Of a stretch of 64,000 nt of DNA, positions 37,700 through 51,584 are shown piece after piece. The notes beneath the pieces are model-generated. The model had not been told where the DNA came from and searched no databases. It saw only the letters and a list, made by a program, of their open reading frames with translations. Where the stretch lies: the NCBI GenBank assembly GCA_028534125.1, contig CM052817.1, positions 19,842,001-19,906,000 of the forward strand, written 5' to 3'. This DNA is from Lama glama (Eukaryota). Within the stretch, counting starts at the first letter, position 1. Every line of letters begins with the position of its first letter. Both the position numbers and the translations under genes were made by a program.

Positions 37700-40352
37700 T
37701 ATGGCTCTTATATTAAAATAGTTTCCTTCTATTTCTATTTTTTAAATTTTTTATCATGAAAAGGTGTTGAATTTTATTAAATTATTTTTCTGCCTCAATT
37801 GAGATGGTCATCTATTTTTTCCCTTCATTCTGTTAATGTGTTGTTGTATTAATTAATTTTGTATGTTGAAACATCTTTGCATACCAAGAATAACTTCCAC
37901 TTTATCATGGTGTATAATCTTTTTAATATGCTACTGAATTGGACTCGTTAGCATTTCTTGAGAACTTTTGCACAGTGTTCAGAGGGGATACTGGTCCATA
38001 GTTTTGTTGCCTTGTAGATTCTTTGTCTGGCTTTGATAGCAGAGTAATGATGATCTCATAGAATGAGTTAGAATCTGTTCTTTATCCTTCAGTTTTTAGG
38101 AAAATCTTGAGAAAAATTGGTATTAATTCTTCTTGAATATTTGATAGAACTCACCAGTGAAATGATTTGGTCCAGAGATTTTTCTTTGTTGAGGGATTTT
38201 TGAAAACTGATTCAATTATTTACTAGTTTTAGGACTATTCAGATTTTCCACTTCATGATTTAGTCTTGGTAGGTTTTGTGTTTCTGAGAACTTTTCCTTT
38301 TAATGTAGATTATCCAATTTGTTGGCAAATAATTGTTCCTGGAACTCTTCTATATTCATATATAGAATATATATATATATATATATATATATCTGTTGAA
38401 TCAGTAATAATGCCTACATTTCTATTTCTGAATTAAGCAATTTGAGTCTTTCCTCCATTTTTTATTTTTAGTCAATCTAGGTAAAGTTTTATTAATTTTT
38501 GTTGATCTTTTTGTCTCTTGTAAACTTTTTTTAATTTAAAGTTTATTTTGTCAGATATTAGTGTAGCTATTTCAATATCTCTATTTGCATAGAATAACTT
38601 TTTCCATCCTTTCACTTTCAAATTATTTGTGTAATAGGATCAAAATGAGTCTCTTGTAGACAGCATGTATTTGGATTATGTGTTTTCATCCATTTTGCCA
38701 ATTTGTCTTTTGATTGGAGAATTTGATCTATTTAAATTTAAAGTAATTACTGATAAAAGGAAACTTACTTCTCTTATTTGTTTTCTATTTGCTTTATAGC
38801 TTTTTTTGTCCATCATATTCTATCTTACTGTCTTCTTTTGTAATTCACTTTAATATTTTGTAGCAAAATATTGAAATTTTTCCATTTCCTTTTGTGTATT
38901 TTTATGACTATCTTCTTTGTGATTGCCTTGGAGATTATATTTAACATTCTAAAATTATAAAACTTTTATTTGAATTTATACCAGCTTAACTTCAATAACA
39001 TACAAAATCTCTGCTCTTTTACAGCTCTGTACCTAACCCTTTCGCTTGTTGATGTCACAACATTATGTCTTTGTACATTATGTGTCCCAAAACATAAACT
39101 AATACTTCTTTTAAATGCAGTTGTATCTTAAGTTATGTAGAAAACAAGATTTGGTGTACACAATAATGTTACAGTGATATTAGCTTTTAGATTAAAATTA
39201 TTATTTATCTTTAAATATGCTAAATCATGTAGAGAACAAAAATTGCAATTATGAACTATCATTGCAGCAATGCTATCTTTTATGATCTTCTGTGTATTTA
39301 TTTTTATTAAGATCTTTATACACACACACATTGTTACTCTCTAGTGTCCTTTTATTTCATCTTGCAGTACTCTCTTGAGCATTTTTTGCAAGCAGATCTG
39401 GTGGTAACAAAAATCCCTAAGTTTTTATTTATGTGGGAATGTCTTAATTTCTCCCACACTTCTCAAGGACAGTTTTACTGCATATAAGATTCTTGGTTGA
39501 TAGCCTTTGTTTTGAGCACTTGGAATATATTAGTGCACTGCCTCTGGCCTCCAAAATTTCTGATGAGAAATCTGTTGATAATCCTGATGAGGAACACTTG
39601 CATATGATGATTTACTTTTGCTGTTTAAAGATTTTTCTCTTTGTCTTTTGAAAATTAAATTATAATGTGTCTTAGAATGAGCCTCTTTGAAATCATCTTT
39701 GATTTCATTGAGTTTCTTAAATGTTTATATTCATGTCTTTCAACAAATTTGGAAAGATTTCAGCCATTATTCCTTCAGATTTTCTCTCTGCCTCGCTCTC
39801 TCTCAGACCCATTCTGGGACTCCCACAATATATATGTTAGTTCTTTTAATGGTCCCCAGAAGTCACAAAGGCTCTGTTTATTTTTCTTTAATCTTTCTTC
39901 TTTCTGTTCTTGAGATTTGATCATTTCTATTGTCTTATCTTTAAGTTTGCTGATTTTCTTCTGCCTGCTCAAGTCATCCTATGAATTCTTGTGATAAATT
40001 TTTATTTCAGTTATAAATTTTAGCTCCAGAATTTTTTTTAGATTTTTTAATCTCTTTATTGATTTTTGCTTTTTGTTCAACCTTTCTTTGTAACTTCGTT
40101 CACATCTTCCTTTAGTTCTTTGAGCATCTTTAAGATAGCTATTTTAAAGACTTTATTTATCAGATCTGCTATCAGATCTTTTTCAAGACTGTTGCTGTTG
40201 GTTTATTTTTATTCCTTGCAGTAATACATACTTTCCTGTTTCTTTGTATGCATTGGGATCTTGTGTGTGTGTGAAAAACTAGACATTTGAATCTCATAAT
40301 GTTGCAACTCTGGAAATCAGATTATCTTACTTCCACAGGGTTTACTGTTTTC

Positions 40353-40392
<40 letters not shown>

Positions 40393-41050
40393 TTCATTCA
40401 TTCATTCAATTGTTGTAGGCTGTTTTTGTGCTGAAGATAATTCTGAGTATAAATTTAAGGTCTTCCCAGGTCTTTATAAGATTTCTCTGGGCATGTGTTG
40501 TTAAGTTCTAATTTCTTCCATGTATGCAATTGTTTTGAATACTGTGGTTCTTAATGTCTGACTCTTAAAGAATATAAGGCAAAGATGAAAGAGAAGGGTT
40601 AAGATGTTGGTCTTTTGAATTCCCTGTAAATCCATTCAGTCATAAGCAGAGGGACCTGAAACAATGGAGGAAGGTGTAACAACAATTCCGTGCCTTTGTC
40701 TGCACCTGTATTATCAGAAGTAGCAATCAATGATAAGAGCATAAATTCCTTTTATTTAGAAAACAGAGCCCTTTTTCTCCATCCTGACTTCCACAATCTA
40801 CATGTGTGAACAGCGGCTCGTCATGTGACTAGAGGTAGAGGATCAATAGCTGCTATTCTGCTAAAAGCTAAAATTCATGGAAATTAATCATAATTTATTT
40901 ATGATCCAAATATTACTCTGGAGGTTGTAAGTCTTCAGTAGACTCCAGAGTTCCAAAATGGTTCCATCAGATTGACCCTACAGGTGTAATTTTTGTGTAG
41001 GTGGGGAGACAGATTCTTCATGCCTCCTAATCTGTCATCTTCTTAGAGCC
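37700..41050 (-). mobile_element. Old L1M element, 5' portion (5'UTR, ORF1, partial ORF2 with internal deletions)
   Basis: Antisense ORF2 at 37700-38510; the ORF1 coiled-coil remnant is the track ORF 39775-39972 (KISKLKDKTIEMIKSQEQKEERLKKNKQSLCDFWGPLK); 5'UTR-like end ~40420-41050; internal (TA)n ~38367-38392. Confidence 0.88.
40355..40408 (+). repeat. Compound (TTTA)n(TTCA)n tetranucleotide repeat
   Basis: Direct reading. Confidence 0.9.
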
Positions 41051-41289
41051 CTTTAACATAGTTTCTTATAAGAAAATATAATTCTGTTTTGCTTTGTAGA
41101 TTCTGAACTATTTCCAAAAATTCAAATTAAATATGATCCTTCTATCTATGAATTTCTACATAACTAACTCAATTTGCCTAATTTGAATGGCATTTGACAC
41201 TGTCTGCCATGAATTAATTTCATTTTTGTCTCAGTCCTTCTTATGAGCTCCATATAAGCAGAGAAAATAGCATTTTCTTTATAGCAGAT

Positions 41290-41760
41290 GTAGTAGATTA
41301 AATAATGGCCCTCCAAATTAATTTACATTCTAAACTTTGGGCTTGTGAACGCTACCTGATATGACAGCAAAGACTTTGCAGATGTGATTAAGAACTTAAC
41401 AGGAATATTATCCTGGATTATCTAGGTGAGCCATAAATACAACCACATACATCTTTTATAAAATTTGCAGCAGAGATATATTTGACTACACAGAAGAGAA
41501 GGGTAGTCTGACCGCAAAGATTATAATGATGCAGCTGTAATTCAAGTAATGCTGGAAGTCACAAGAAGTTGAAAGAGGCAAGGAACAGAATTCACCCCCA
41601 GAGCCTCTGAAGACTATTTGACCCCACCAAAACATTGACTGTGGCCCAGTGATACTGATTTCAGAATTTTGGCCTTCATAATTGTAAGAGAAAGCATTTC
41701 TGTTGTTCCTTGTCCACGAAGTTTGTGGTCATTTTTAATGGTCAAAAAAATGTAACTAAG
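41290..41760 (+). mobile_element. MaLR solo LTR (MLT1C/D-like)
   Basis: 'tgtagtagattaaataatggccctcc...gactttgcagatgtgattaag...ttatcctggattatctaggtgagcc...gaggcaaggaacagaattcacccccagagcctctg...aagtttgtggtcattt'. Confidence 0.9.
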
Positions 41761-41864
41761 TGTTAGGCAAAAATCTTTTTTTTTTTTTTTTGGTTTTGTT
41801 TCAGTGGGTGAATGTTCTTTAGAATACTATCTTTAGTTGTTCTTTAGAATACTATTTAGAAGCC

Positions 41865-42925
41865 ATTTCTCTTCTCTTCTCTCCTATTCTTAGTTATAGC
41901 ACACATCTTTCCTGGACAATATCATCTAATTTTTAAATTTCAAAATACATCCATACCAGATGGCTTTTAAATGAATCTTTAGCTGTGACCTCTCTTCTGG
42001 GCTCTGGATCCTTACATTCAACAAAGTCAGGAAATCAAATTTTTAAATCACCTAAGTACCAAAAATTCAACATGCAAAAAGAGAGTAAGTTATTTTCAGC
42101 AAACTTTGAATTCCATATCTTAGTGAGTAACATAAATATTAAGTGATAACCCAAAGCAGGAAATTCAGAGTCAGCCTTAACTCCTCATTTTTCTTCACCT
42201 CCTATGTCTATTTAGTCTTTAACGTTTTTGGATGCTTGCACTTAAAATTTTCCCCAATATATTTACTTTTATAATCTCCTTCCTTTTGCCTTGTTCAGAA
42301 CGCTATTATGTCTCACCTGGGTTATTAAAGCAGTGTACCAACTTTGCCTCGTTTGTATACAATAACCCTGCTCACATACAGGCAGAGAAACATTTCTGTA
42401 ATACAAACTTGCTTGACATTAAAACCATTAGATGACGTCTCATTGTCCTTAGAATGAAATCCAAATTCTTTCAGGAGCTCTATAAGCCTCTTCTGTATTT
42501 GGGAGTGCAGATTGTATGTACAGATATATTTCACATCTTCCCTTCAAAACCTCCCTTTCCAGCCATATTGTTTCCATTAGAAACAACAATGTTCTTTTCT
42601 GCCTTCAGAACATTGCTTGTGCTGTTCTGCTTTATCTTCCCCCTTCACCTAATGACCCAATCTTCAGATTAAATTATACATCTTGCTTCCTCTGTGAAAC
42701 CTCCGATGCCCTGCAGACAAGATGAGTAGCTTTCACCATGTGTTTCCACAGCACACTATATTCCCTATGGTAACACTCACCACAATTTTTTCTGTTTCGA
42801 TGGTATACTTGTCTGTCTCTCCAGACTGTAAGGATCATAAGAGCAGAGGCTACATCTGTAGTTCCATTCTGTCTCTCATCTATAATAAGCAATTGACATA
42901 TATTTGTTTGGTTAATAAATAGTTA
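41865..42925 (+). mobile_element. LINE-2 3' fragment
   Basis: 'tctcattgtccttagaatgaaatccaaattc...ccagactgtaaggatcataagagcagagg...atatttgtttggttaataaat', a typical L2 3' end. Confidence 0.8.
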
Positions 42926-43479
42926 TGAGTCAAGAATAAACTGAAAGTTTGTAGGAACGGCTGAAGCATTTATACACTCCCAAGAGACTCCCAGAACTTT
43001 GTTATTCTATTTACTCATAGAAATTTGCTTGCATTATTAAAAATCAGCATGGGCTGACTTTTGAACTTAATTTTTTTTAATTTGGAAATGCATTTAATAA
43101 TATAACAAAAACTTCAGTATAACATAAGTACTGATATGATAGTTTTTTCTTTTACACCATATACACTTTTTAACTCACTGCCATGAATTAATTTAAACTT
43201 GAATGGTTTAGCTATACAGAATTTCAAGCTAACTTGAAGTGATAATTTCTGCCAGACAAAGTTTCAATCTCTTGGACCTTTTGGGTCCAAGTTTATTTAT
43301 GCAATTACTTGAATTTTCAGTATATTTTGCTTTTATTGTCTTATAAAAATTCCATTGAAAAATAAACTTGTTATGCCACAAATCCTAGATTTAAGTATTG
43401 TTATAGACTCACTTAACATTTATCAGAACAGAAAGCACTATCTTTCAGGAGAACTGGGGCATCCAGCGAAATGTGAATA

Positions 43480-43850
43480 TTGTTTAGAGGCCATTTGTGG
43501 TGTTCTCATTCTCTGTGTCAAATAGTAGTGTACACATAGTCAAATGACCCAGATAAATCCAGGAGATGTGATGAAAAATCTTCTGCACAACCAATGGGAA
43601 ACTGGACATAAGGTACAGGCATTCATTTTTTCTGACTTGGGGCATTTTTAATATATATTTTGTTTCCTGAAAGAATATGCTGGTTGGAAACAGCTGCAAC
43701 CATCATGTGGCTCTGAGAAAAGTCCCAAGAAAATCATACGTGGGCCTGTAAGGAACAGGTCTGAATTTGCTGAGCTGCTGAAAAGAAGCCTTAGATGTAC
43801 TTTATTTCAAGATATCTTATATAAGTAGATAGTTTTTCCTCATTGTTTAT
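43480..43850 (+). mobile_element. Old MaLR LTR fragment (late MLT1-like)
   Basis: 'atagtcaaatgacccagataaatccag...gctggttggaaacagctgcaaccatcatgtgg...gaagccttagatgtactttatttcaagatatcttat'. Confidence 0.5.
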
Positions 43851-46307
43851 AGTTCTGATGACAAATTGAAATTACAATGAAATAATCATAGTTCAGGTAT
43901 ATAAAAATGGAGTCATACAGACATCAAGGATCTGGTCTTAGACACTTCTTTGCACCACTGACAACTTGAATTTTCTCTGAATTGTGTCAGACCCAAGGAC
44001 ACCACCAAGACTGTTCTGCAATCATTATGGGATATATATTATTTCTAGATAATTTTGATTATCTAGACAAAATGATGCTTTTTTTGTATGTGTTCAAGAT
44101 GTGTAGATTTTTAAGATAAAATGAAAAAGTGAAAAGAACCCTACTTTTCCTGCAAAGTCTATATATTAGAATACAGAAACTACAATCTTCAAAAAATCTT
44201 AAGTTATTTATTAAGTTGGTTTCCTTCAAAATCCTATCCATTTTTTTTTTGAAAAAAAAATACTTCTAACTACTGAACTTTACTATTGCTTTTTGGTTTG
44301 GGTTTTGATTTCTTTTTTCCCCCAGTATAATTATCACCATCCTTTTGATTTCTTAACCTGTAGGGAGAAAAATTTATGTGTTCCTCTTTCTAACTTGGTC
44401 GTTGTCTATTGTTTAATAAAACCAAAAGTGAAGAAGCCTCCTTCTTCTTACTCCCCTCTGGTGTTCCAATTCACAGTGTTGAAAGTCAGCTGGTCTGATT
44501 TTACTTTGGGGACATTACTGCACTAATGTGCACTCAGTGTAATCCATTGAAAGAAGTTTTCCGGTGGAAATTGTTTGTTATTTATGGTGAGAATGAGCAT
44601 TCTACACGAACACAAAATGATTTATTACAATTTTTTTGCAACACCAGCAAATGGTTCATACTTACCAATTTTTGCTTTCTTTGCAAAACTTTCTGGTTTT
44701 TTTTAAATAGAAGTCATTGTATTCTTGATATTAATGATGGTAGTATTTCCAAACAATGTAAGTTCTGAAAAAAGTTGGGGTGCTTTTTGGGACAGCTGTT
44801 CTTGAGGCAATAAAAAAGTGGTATAAATCTTTTGGTAAAAGGCTTATTTTTTACTTTCTTTGTAATCATATTTTAAAATTTGAGTGTCCCACAATACCAC
44901 GTAATCCAATCCACTGAAGAAGGTGGTTCTACTTCAAAATATGAATATATATCCACAGGCTTTCTATTAACACATATTACCTCAAACTGCCTTTACATCC
45001 ATAGATAATGTGTCAATGTCAGATGACATGACATAGTTTGTAAAGCATTGTTTTACATACACATATTTTAACTGAATAGTTCTAGATTTCATAGGCTTTC
45101 AGTTTTCAATTCCTTAGATTTTGGATTAGTCTCTGTACATTTTGTGTTAAAAACATTTTTATTGATACTTGCAGTGACCTCACTTTTAATAGCATACCTA
45201 ATTACATTGTTTCTGTAATACATATAATAAATATGTCAGTGGTACATATAACTCAGTTTGCCATTTCAAAGAATGCTGGATATCATTTTTATCCTGGATG
45301 GTTCAGCAGTGCATTGTTCAAAGGAAACTTCTGAAGAGACATTATTAACATTCTGTTTGCTGAATTAGGCAAAATTCCATCACCTGAATGATATTTTCCA
45401 CTGTCTTTTAGTACCCAAACACATGAAACTTACAGTTTATCCAAAAATAATTCCTTCTAAATAAGATTCTTTGCTGGCATTAACTTTTCAGTGTTGAACA
45501 TTTTACTCACAATAACTCTGGATCTTTCTGTGGAAAAGTTAAACACTTTTTTTTTTTGAGTTTTTGGGATCCATAGACTTACTGAATTAGAATCTTGGTT
45601 TTCATATCTCCTCTCTAGGCTGATGGCTGTGCAATCTGCCTAACAGCAATCCAGGTGCTTGCACCTGGATGCTTTAGTCTAACAGAACACACTAATTATT
45701 GGAGTGTCTGGCTCATCGCCAGCAATGAGTGGTTGTGTGGTTGTCCGTCTTGGAGACCAGAATCTTGATTGGGCATCAGTGATGTCTGGTGCTGGGTCCA
45801 GTTCTGACATGGAATTTGAGACAAGAGTGCTTTGCTCCCTTTCTCTGGGTTTCAGCTCTGGCCTGTGTAATTAGGGAATTGAACCTGACGATTTCCTGTC
45901 AAAATCCCTTGACAGGAAATTTAATAAGTCTTCAACTTGCTTTACTCTATTAGAAAATATCATTTTATAAAAGTTATTGCATGTATTTAGAGCTGTGAGG
46001 GACCATGGATTTTTGGGGGTTTTTGTCTCTTTTGTCTTGAATCACAGGAAAACTAACACCATGCACATAATTCTTAGAGTAGGCGACTGTAATTCTTATG
46101 AAGTCAGATATATTTATCTATGTCATTCACTGATTTATTTCCAGTCTAGAAAATGCTGAACATGTAGCTATATGATCAGTAAATATAGTTAAATAAATGA
46201 ATTAATGAGTGGGTCATCATACAAAGTTTCCTTCTCATTAACAATAAAGCCGGCCTTCTTTTTTCCAAAGAGTCATTCTTTACCTGTCCATGAGTTGGAA
46301 AGAAATA

Positions 46308-46814
46308 CAAATCTTCCTGGTTTTATGATGGAGTTATGTCTGGGTAAACCCATTTTAAGTGGAAAATATCATAAGTTGGAAATGCAATTAATACACCTAA
46401 CCTATCAAACATCATAGCTTAGCTTAGCCCATCTTAAACATGCTCAGAATATTCTCATTATCCTACTGTTGGGTGAAATCATCTAACTCGAAGCCTATTG
46501 TATAATGTAGTATTGATTATTTCTTGCAATTTATTGAATACTATATGGAGAGTAAAAAATGGATTGGTTTTGTGGACATAGATGGTTGTAAGTGTATCAG
46601 TTGTTTACCTACCTTCATGATCATGTGGCTGACTCGGAGCTGCAGCTTGCTGCCCCTGCCTGACATCACTAGAGTGTATCATACTGCTTAGCGCTAGCCC
46701 AAGAAAAGGTTATATTTAAAGTTCACAGTATATGTTTCTACTAAGTGTTACTTTAGCACCATCATAAAGTTGAAAAATAATTAAGTCTAACCATCCTAAG
46801 TGGAGGACCATGTG
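46308..46814 (+). mobile_element. Tigger3 (MER7/Golem-type) TcMar non-autonomous DNA transposon with TA target duplication
   Basis: Internal 'aatacacctaacctatcaaacatcatagcttagcttagcccatcttaaacatgctcagaa' resembles Tigger3; degenerate TIRs 'caaatcttcctggttttatgatgg' and 'ccatcctaagtggaggaccatgtg'; TA at 46306-46307 and 46815-46816. Confidence 0.88.
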
Positions 46815-46959
46815 TACTGTTTCTCTTCCAATGCACCTATCAGGAATAGGCAAATCACTAATGTGATCTCAGCAAAGTTTGGTCACAGGATGGGAAAGTC
46901 TGCATCATACAATCCATTAGATGATGGTGATTATGATAATGATGATGGTGGTGGTGATG

Positions 46960-47110
46960 ATAGTTAATGTATGTTTTAAGCACTTAATATTCTTACAACA
47001 ATCCTGTGAAGTAGGTTCTTTTCTTACCACCATTTCTGATAGAAGAGGAAACTGATGAATAAACAAGTTAACTTACTCAAGGTCATAAAAATTCCGAGAT
47101 CAAATAATTG
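46960..47110 (-). mobile_element. MIR
   Basis: 'tcttacaacaatcctgtgaagtaggtt...ccatttctgatagaagaggaaactga...aagttaacttactcaaggtca'. Confidence 0.75.
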
Positions 47111-47141
47111 CCAGTCTTGTCTACTGGTAAGAATCTTCCAT

Positions 47142-47147
<6 letters not shown>

Positions 47148-47185
<38 letters not shown>
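47148..47185 (+). repeat. (CA)~19 microsatellite
   Basis: Direct reading. Confidence 0.95.
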
Positions 47186-47186
<1 letters not shown>

Positions 47187-47504
47187 TCAAATAATATTCC
47201 AGAAAACTGTGTGCTTAAGGAAACATTACCATATACCCATTTGCACTATCCATAGTGCCACATTAAATTTCAAATACAGGAAAGGGAGTCAGACCTCAGA
47301 AACTGTGCTCTAATTCAAGGAAGAATTATTCGTTTTGGAGCAGTCTAGGAACAATAACCAAACACAGTCAATTAACATGTTCTGCAACTCATTGCCAGAA
47401 AAGCAAATTTTCACAATTTAGTACAGTTTTCTTCTGCCTTTTTCAATTAATATATCTTTATAAGTTTTTAGTTGCTAAAAATTAAAGTTTTGGCATTGTT
47501 GCTT

Positions 47505-47818
47505 ATTTCTGAGGACTCTGAAAAGGGATCTGTTTGCTGGCTCTTCCCTAGCTTCTGGTGACTACTAGCAACCACTGGCACTCCTTGTCTTACAGGTGTG
47601 TTACTCCAGTCTCTGCCTCTGCTTTTTTTCACTTGCTACCTTCCCTGTGCATTACAGTATCTTCTTGTAAAAACATCAGTCACGTTGGGAAGGTCCCAAC
47701 CCTAATGATCTCATCTTAATTAAATCTGCAAAGACTCTACTTCCAAATAAGGTCACATTCATAGGTCCGGGGGTTCAAGAATTTGACTTTTGGGGGTACA
47801 CAATTCAACCCATAATGG
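47505..47818 (-). mobile_element. MaLR LTR fragment (MLT1B/C-like)
   Basis: 'ctcttccctagcttctggtg...tctgcaaagactctacttccaaataaggtcacattcatagg...cacaattcaacccata'. Confidence 0.88.
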
Positions 47819-48982
47819 TATTTTCACAAAATAGACATTTTCCCACAGTAATACTAAAGACTAATTTGATTTCATTTTTAAAACACTATTTTTTAAATTA
47901 CACTTTATATAATGGTTAATATATGTCATGCATTTTGCTATCCGATCTACCTATAGCAGCTGATGAAATTTATACTACAACTTCAGACAATAGGGATTCG
48001 GACCAAGGAAATATGGCTCCAAACCTGCCCCATGGATCTTATGTTACATTTCTCCTTCAGTATGACACACTTGTGCCTTTCTTTTTCTTCCTTCCTTCCC
48101 TTCCACTCCACCAGATCAGGATTCTCCCAATCTGTCTTACAGATCCAGTGTAACATATCCTAGACACTCTTTCTCATTGCTCAAAAGTGACACAAATGAT
48201 ATTATTTTCTGATTTCTGAGATTTCAAGAAATGAAACAAAGCTAGCCTGCTGAAATATGTATGAGTGGTTATGGGTGTATGGGTTTTCCTTCCTAGTCTC
48301 AGCTTTTGAAGCTTGTGGTGATCACAGGATGAGTAATTGTTTTAGCAGAAATTCAGAAGTTTTGATTCAAAAGGGTTTGATACTGAATTTATGCTTTGCT
48401 ACAAAGTAGCTGACATTTTGAATCATACTTAATTTCTGTAAAATAGAGATATATAAAAAGTGGGTTAACTGTATCATTCCTTTTTAGCAGGTTAGAAACC
48501 TGAGGTAGATAAGTTTGGGTGACTTGCTACAGGCCACTCATCTAATACAGACGCAATCTCTATCCTGCATTGGACCATTCCATACTACTTTTGCAAGATT
48601 TTTTATAAGAATTAAATGAGAATACACTTATATTCATAAATCATCTCCCTGTGAACCTCTTCTTCACCTTTTCCTCTGTTTTTCTTAAATTAAGTCCGTT
48701 CGGCAATAAAAAGGCACTATAATTTTCCTGAAGACCTCCCTGCTGTTGCAAATCATATATCAACATTATATACATTTATCTTTAATTAATCTTTGCAACC
48801 CTGTATCAGAGCCAAATCCAGATGAAGGAAAAAAATAAATAAATAAATGGAAAAAGTTTAATATCATGATATATTTTAAAATATGCTTAGGTTTCTCATT
48901 TAAATAAGAAGCTAAATAATTAGCATTTTATGTTAAATATGAATAAAATTATATGTTATATACATTTAGAAATGTTTATAAC

Positions 48983-49375
48983 TGTCTTAATCAGCTTGAG
49001 TTGCCATAATAAAATACCATTGACTAGGTGGTTTAAGAAACAGAAGTTTATTTCTCTAAGTTCTGGTGACTGAGAAGTCCAAGACCAAAGTGCTAGCCAA
49101 TCTGTTTACTGGTGAGGACTCTCCTGTGTTACAGACAACTGCCCTCTTGCTATGTTCTCACACGGCCTTTCTCAGTGCATCCAGAGGGGAGAGACAGAGA
49201 GATAGAGACAAAGAAAGAGATCTCTCTTTTTCTACAAGTCCTCCAATTCTACGGGATTAGGATCCTATCTTTATTATGTCATCTAAATCTTAATTACCTC
49301 CTGGAAGCCCTGTCTCCACGTAACAGCCACATGGGGTGTTGGGGCTTCAGAATATGAACTTGGAATTGAGTACAT
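48983..49375 (-). mobile_element. MaLR solo LTR (MLT1A-like)
   Basis: 'tgtcttaatcagcttgagttgccataataaaataccattgactaggtggtttaa...gagaagtccaagaccaaagtgc...gggcttcagaatatgaactt'. Confidence 0.9.
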
Positions 49376-50322
49376 AAGCTGACACTTAGCCTATTTAAAA
49401 TGACTCATATTTAGATAAAATGAGACCCTGAAAGCAAGAAAAATGTGAAGCAGAATTTAAAATGTATCATCATAAATTCTAATTTTATATTATATAGTAA
49501 GTCTTAACTCTTTCATAATGATTGAAGCATCAGACTTTCTTAGCTTTTCTTGGATATTGGTACTTAGATTTGAATTGTCTTGTAACATTAGGAAAAGAAT
49601 GTTTTCCTATAGTCACAAAAACTACAAAAGTTGTTGGCATAATCTTATTGTAATTAAATTCCCATTTATAGATATTCTAGTGTTTGAACTGAAAGTGTTC
49701 TATTTCCATAAAACCTCAATATGCAGAATCTTATTATCCATGTTACTACTCAAATGTTAAATAGCTTAGAGTGTGAAAACATAGTTATATAGTCAATTTC
49801 CATTTAAGCAAAGAGGTTTAATAGAAGCGTCAAATGTGCTATTTACTGCATTAGTACTTTTCCAAGTCTTCTTGAAAGAAAGCTTTTACCTTCCTGTTTT
49901 ACAACTATATTAAAGCCAATTATAGAAGAGCACACTCAATTTTTAGATCAAAACTATTTGCCAGTAAGTCAATTATCCTGGTCAAACTGTGCTTTGAAAG
50001 GAAAGCACTGTGTTTAGGGAGTACGGAGAAAGAATTTTACATGCATTTTAGAAGTTTCACGGCCTCCTTCACAGTGTGAGCTGGTCATGTAGTCCAGGCA
50101 CCCCTGGAACTCCAGAATGTATGTACTTTCTCTTCCATTTTCCAAACCTATACCCTGTTTCATCAACATCATCAATAAATGGGAATTATCAATTTAAATG
50201 CTCAAAATAAAGAAGCCATTGTTTGAATGGTACAATTTATAATTGTTTATTAACAAGGCTTATTTTTAAGATTTTTTAAAATGTATGTATGATAAAATTT
50301 CTTTGGACAACCTACCTTCTTC

Positions 50323-50360
50323 TGTGTGTGTGTGTGTGTGTGTGTGTGTTTGTGTGTGTG
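50323..50360 (+). repeat. Interrupted (TG)n microsatellite
   Basis: Direct reading. Confidence 0.95.
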
Positions 50361-50634
50361 TACACAGAAAGAACAATGAAGAGGAAGATACAGAGATTAT
50401 TTTATGTGCCAAATACCATTTCAGATTCTAAGAGTATCAAAATTGACCAGTTCTTGCTCTCCAGGAACCCACCACCTGGCAGGGGAGACAGAGACATGAG
50501 CCAGAAACTCTTAAACAGTTGGTTTTGTATGAAAATATTATAATATGACTTAGTAACACCAGGAAAGGCACAATAAATTCTCCTAAAGGATAAGAATAGA
50601 AAGTCAAGAATGGCTTCACGGAAAAGATGACTCT

Positions 50635-51290
50635 GCAGTGAAGAATAAACTTTACCCAAAGAGAGTTCTGTTCTGTGTCCCAGGTCCTGGGAGATAACCT
50701 CTAAACCTTTGGAATTTCCCAAGTTATAGGAGGGTCTTTGTTATTCGTGTGGGCTCCTGGACCTCATCTGATAGTTTATGATGACCAGATGACTCAGGTT
50801 GGGAGCTGGCTATACAAGAAAGAACAGCCATGTGACTTAAAGGCTGGGGCTTTGCCGGCTACATGAGAAATGACTCAATTGTGCCTATGTAATGAAGCCC
50901 CAGTCAAAACTAAGGAGACTAAAGTTCAAGTAAGTAACTGATTAGCAATACTTCGTGTATCTTCTTACTCATAGATGACAGAATGGTAATACATGTCTCA
51001 TTCCTGAGGACATGTGAGCTTTTTATTTGAACCCTACCAGGCTTCAACTATGTGTCTTTTTTTTTTTTTTTGGCCTGTTCAAATTTGCATCCTGTAATCA
51101 TAAGTACAGCACTTTTGCTCCAGTGATTTATTGAACCTGAAGGTGACTGTGGAAACCTTTTAATTTATAGCCAGCTGTTCTGAATTAGGGGTGGCTTTGT
51201 GAAAACCCAAACTTGCAGATGGTTTCTACAGTGAGGACAGTCTTGTGGGGACTATTCCTTGACTGTGTACTTTTCCTATCTCATAACAGT
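50635..51290 (+). mobile_element. ERVL-type LTR (MER21/MER68/MER77-like)
   Basis: 'ctgggagataacctctaaacctttggaatttcc...gcctatgtaatgaagccccagtcaaaact...gtgaggacagtcttgtggggact'. Confidence 0.7.
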
Positions 51291-51584
51291 GACATTTAAA
51301 CTTGAGTGGATAAACTTGTGGATCTAGGCACCTCAGTGGCTTTTCATGGACAATGAGTAATCAATCCTCCCATGAAATAATTTACTCTGAGCTTGATACA
51401 CCAAACTTCTGGGTTGTTGGAAGAAAGGGACGTACTCAGAATAAAACTTCCTGTTTCATTAACAATTACTTTTTTCTACTCAGATCCATATTGGATTTTC
51501 ATTTGAGTCCTATTGAAACGAGAGGGAGAAAATAGAAGCATAATAAATAAAAATCATAAGATATTTTTCAACAAAAGCTGTTTA

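Noticed and set aside
39775..39972. Coiled-coil-like 65-aa ORF
   Set aside because: It is an L1 ORF1p remnant within an old L1M element.
41815..41857. Short tandem duplication 'gttctttagaatactat' x2 (similar ones at 9166-9191 and 58634-58658)
   Set aside because: Ordinary local slippage duplications with no array structure.
41204..43194. Identical 17-mer ctgccatgaattaattt at 41204-41220 and 43178-43194 as a possible target-site duplication
   Set aside because: The enclosed 2 kb holds unrelated old elements (MLT1, L2) rather than one insertion with a polyA tail; an AT-rich chance match is plausible.
50402..50722. 106-aa minus-strand ORF
   Set aside because: Spans L2-like and LTR sequence; no protein-like signal.
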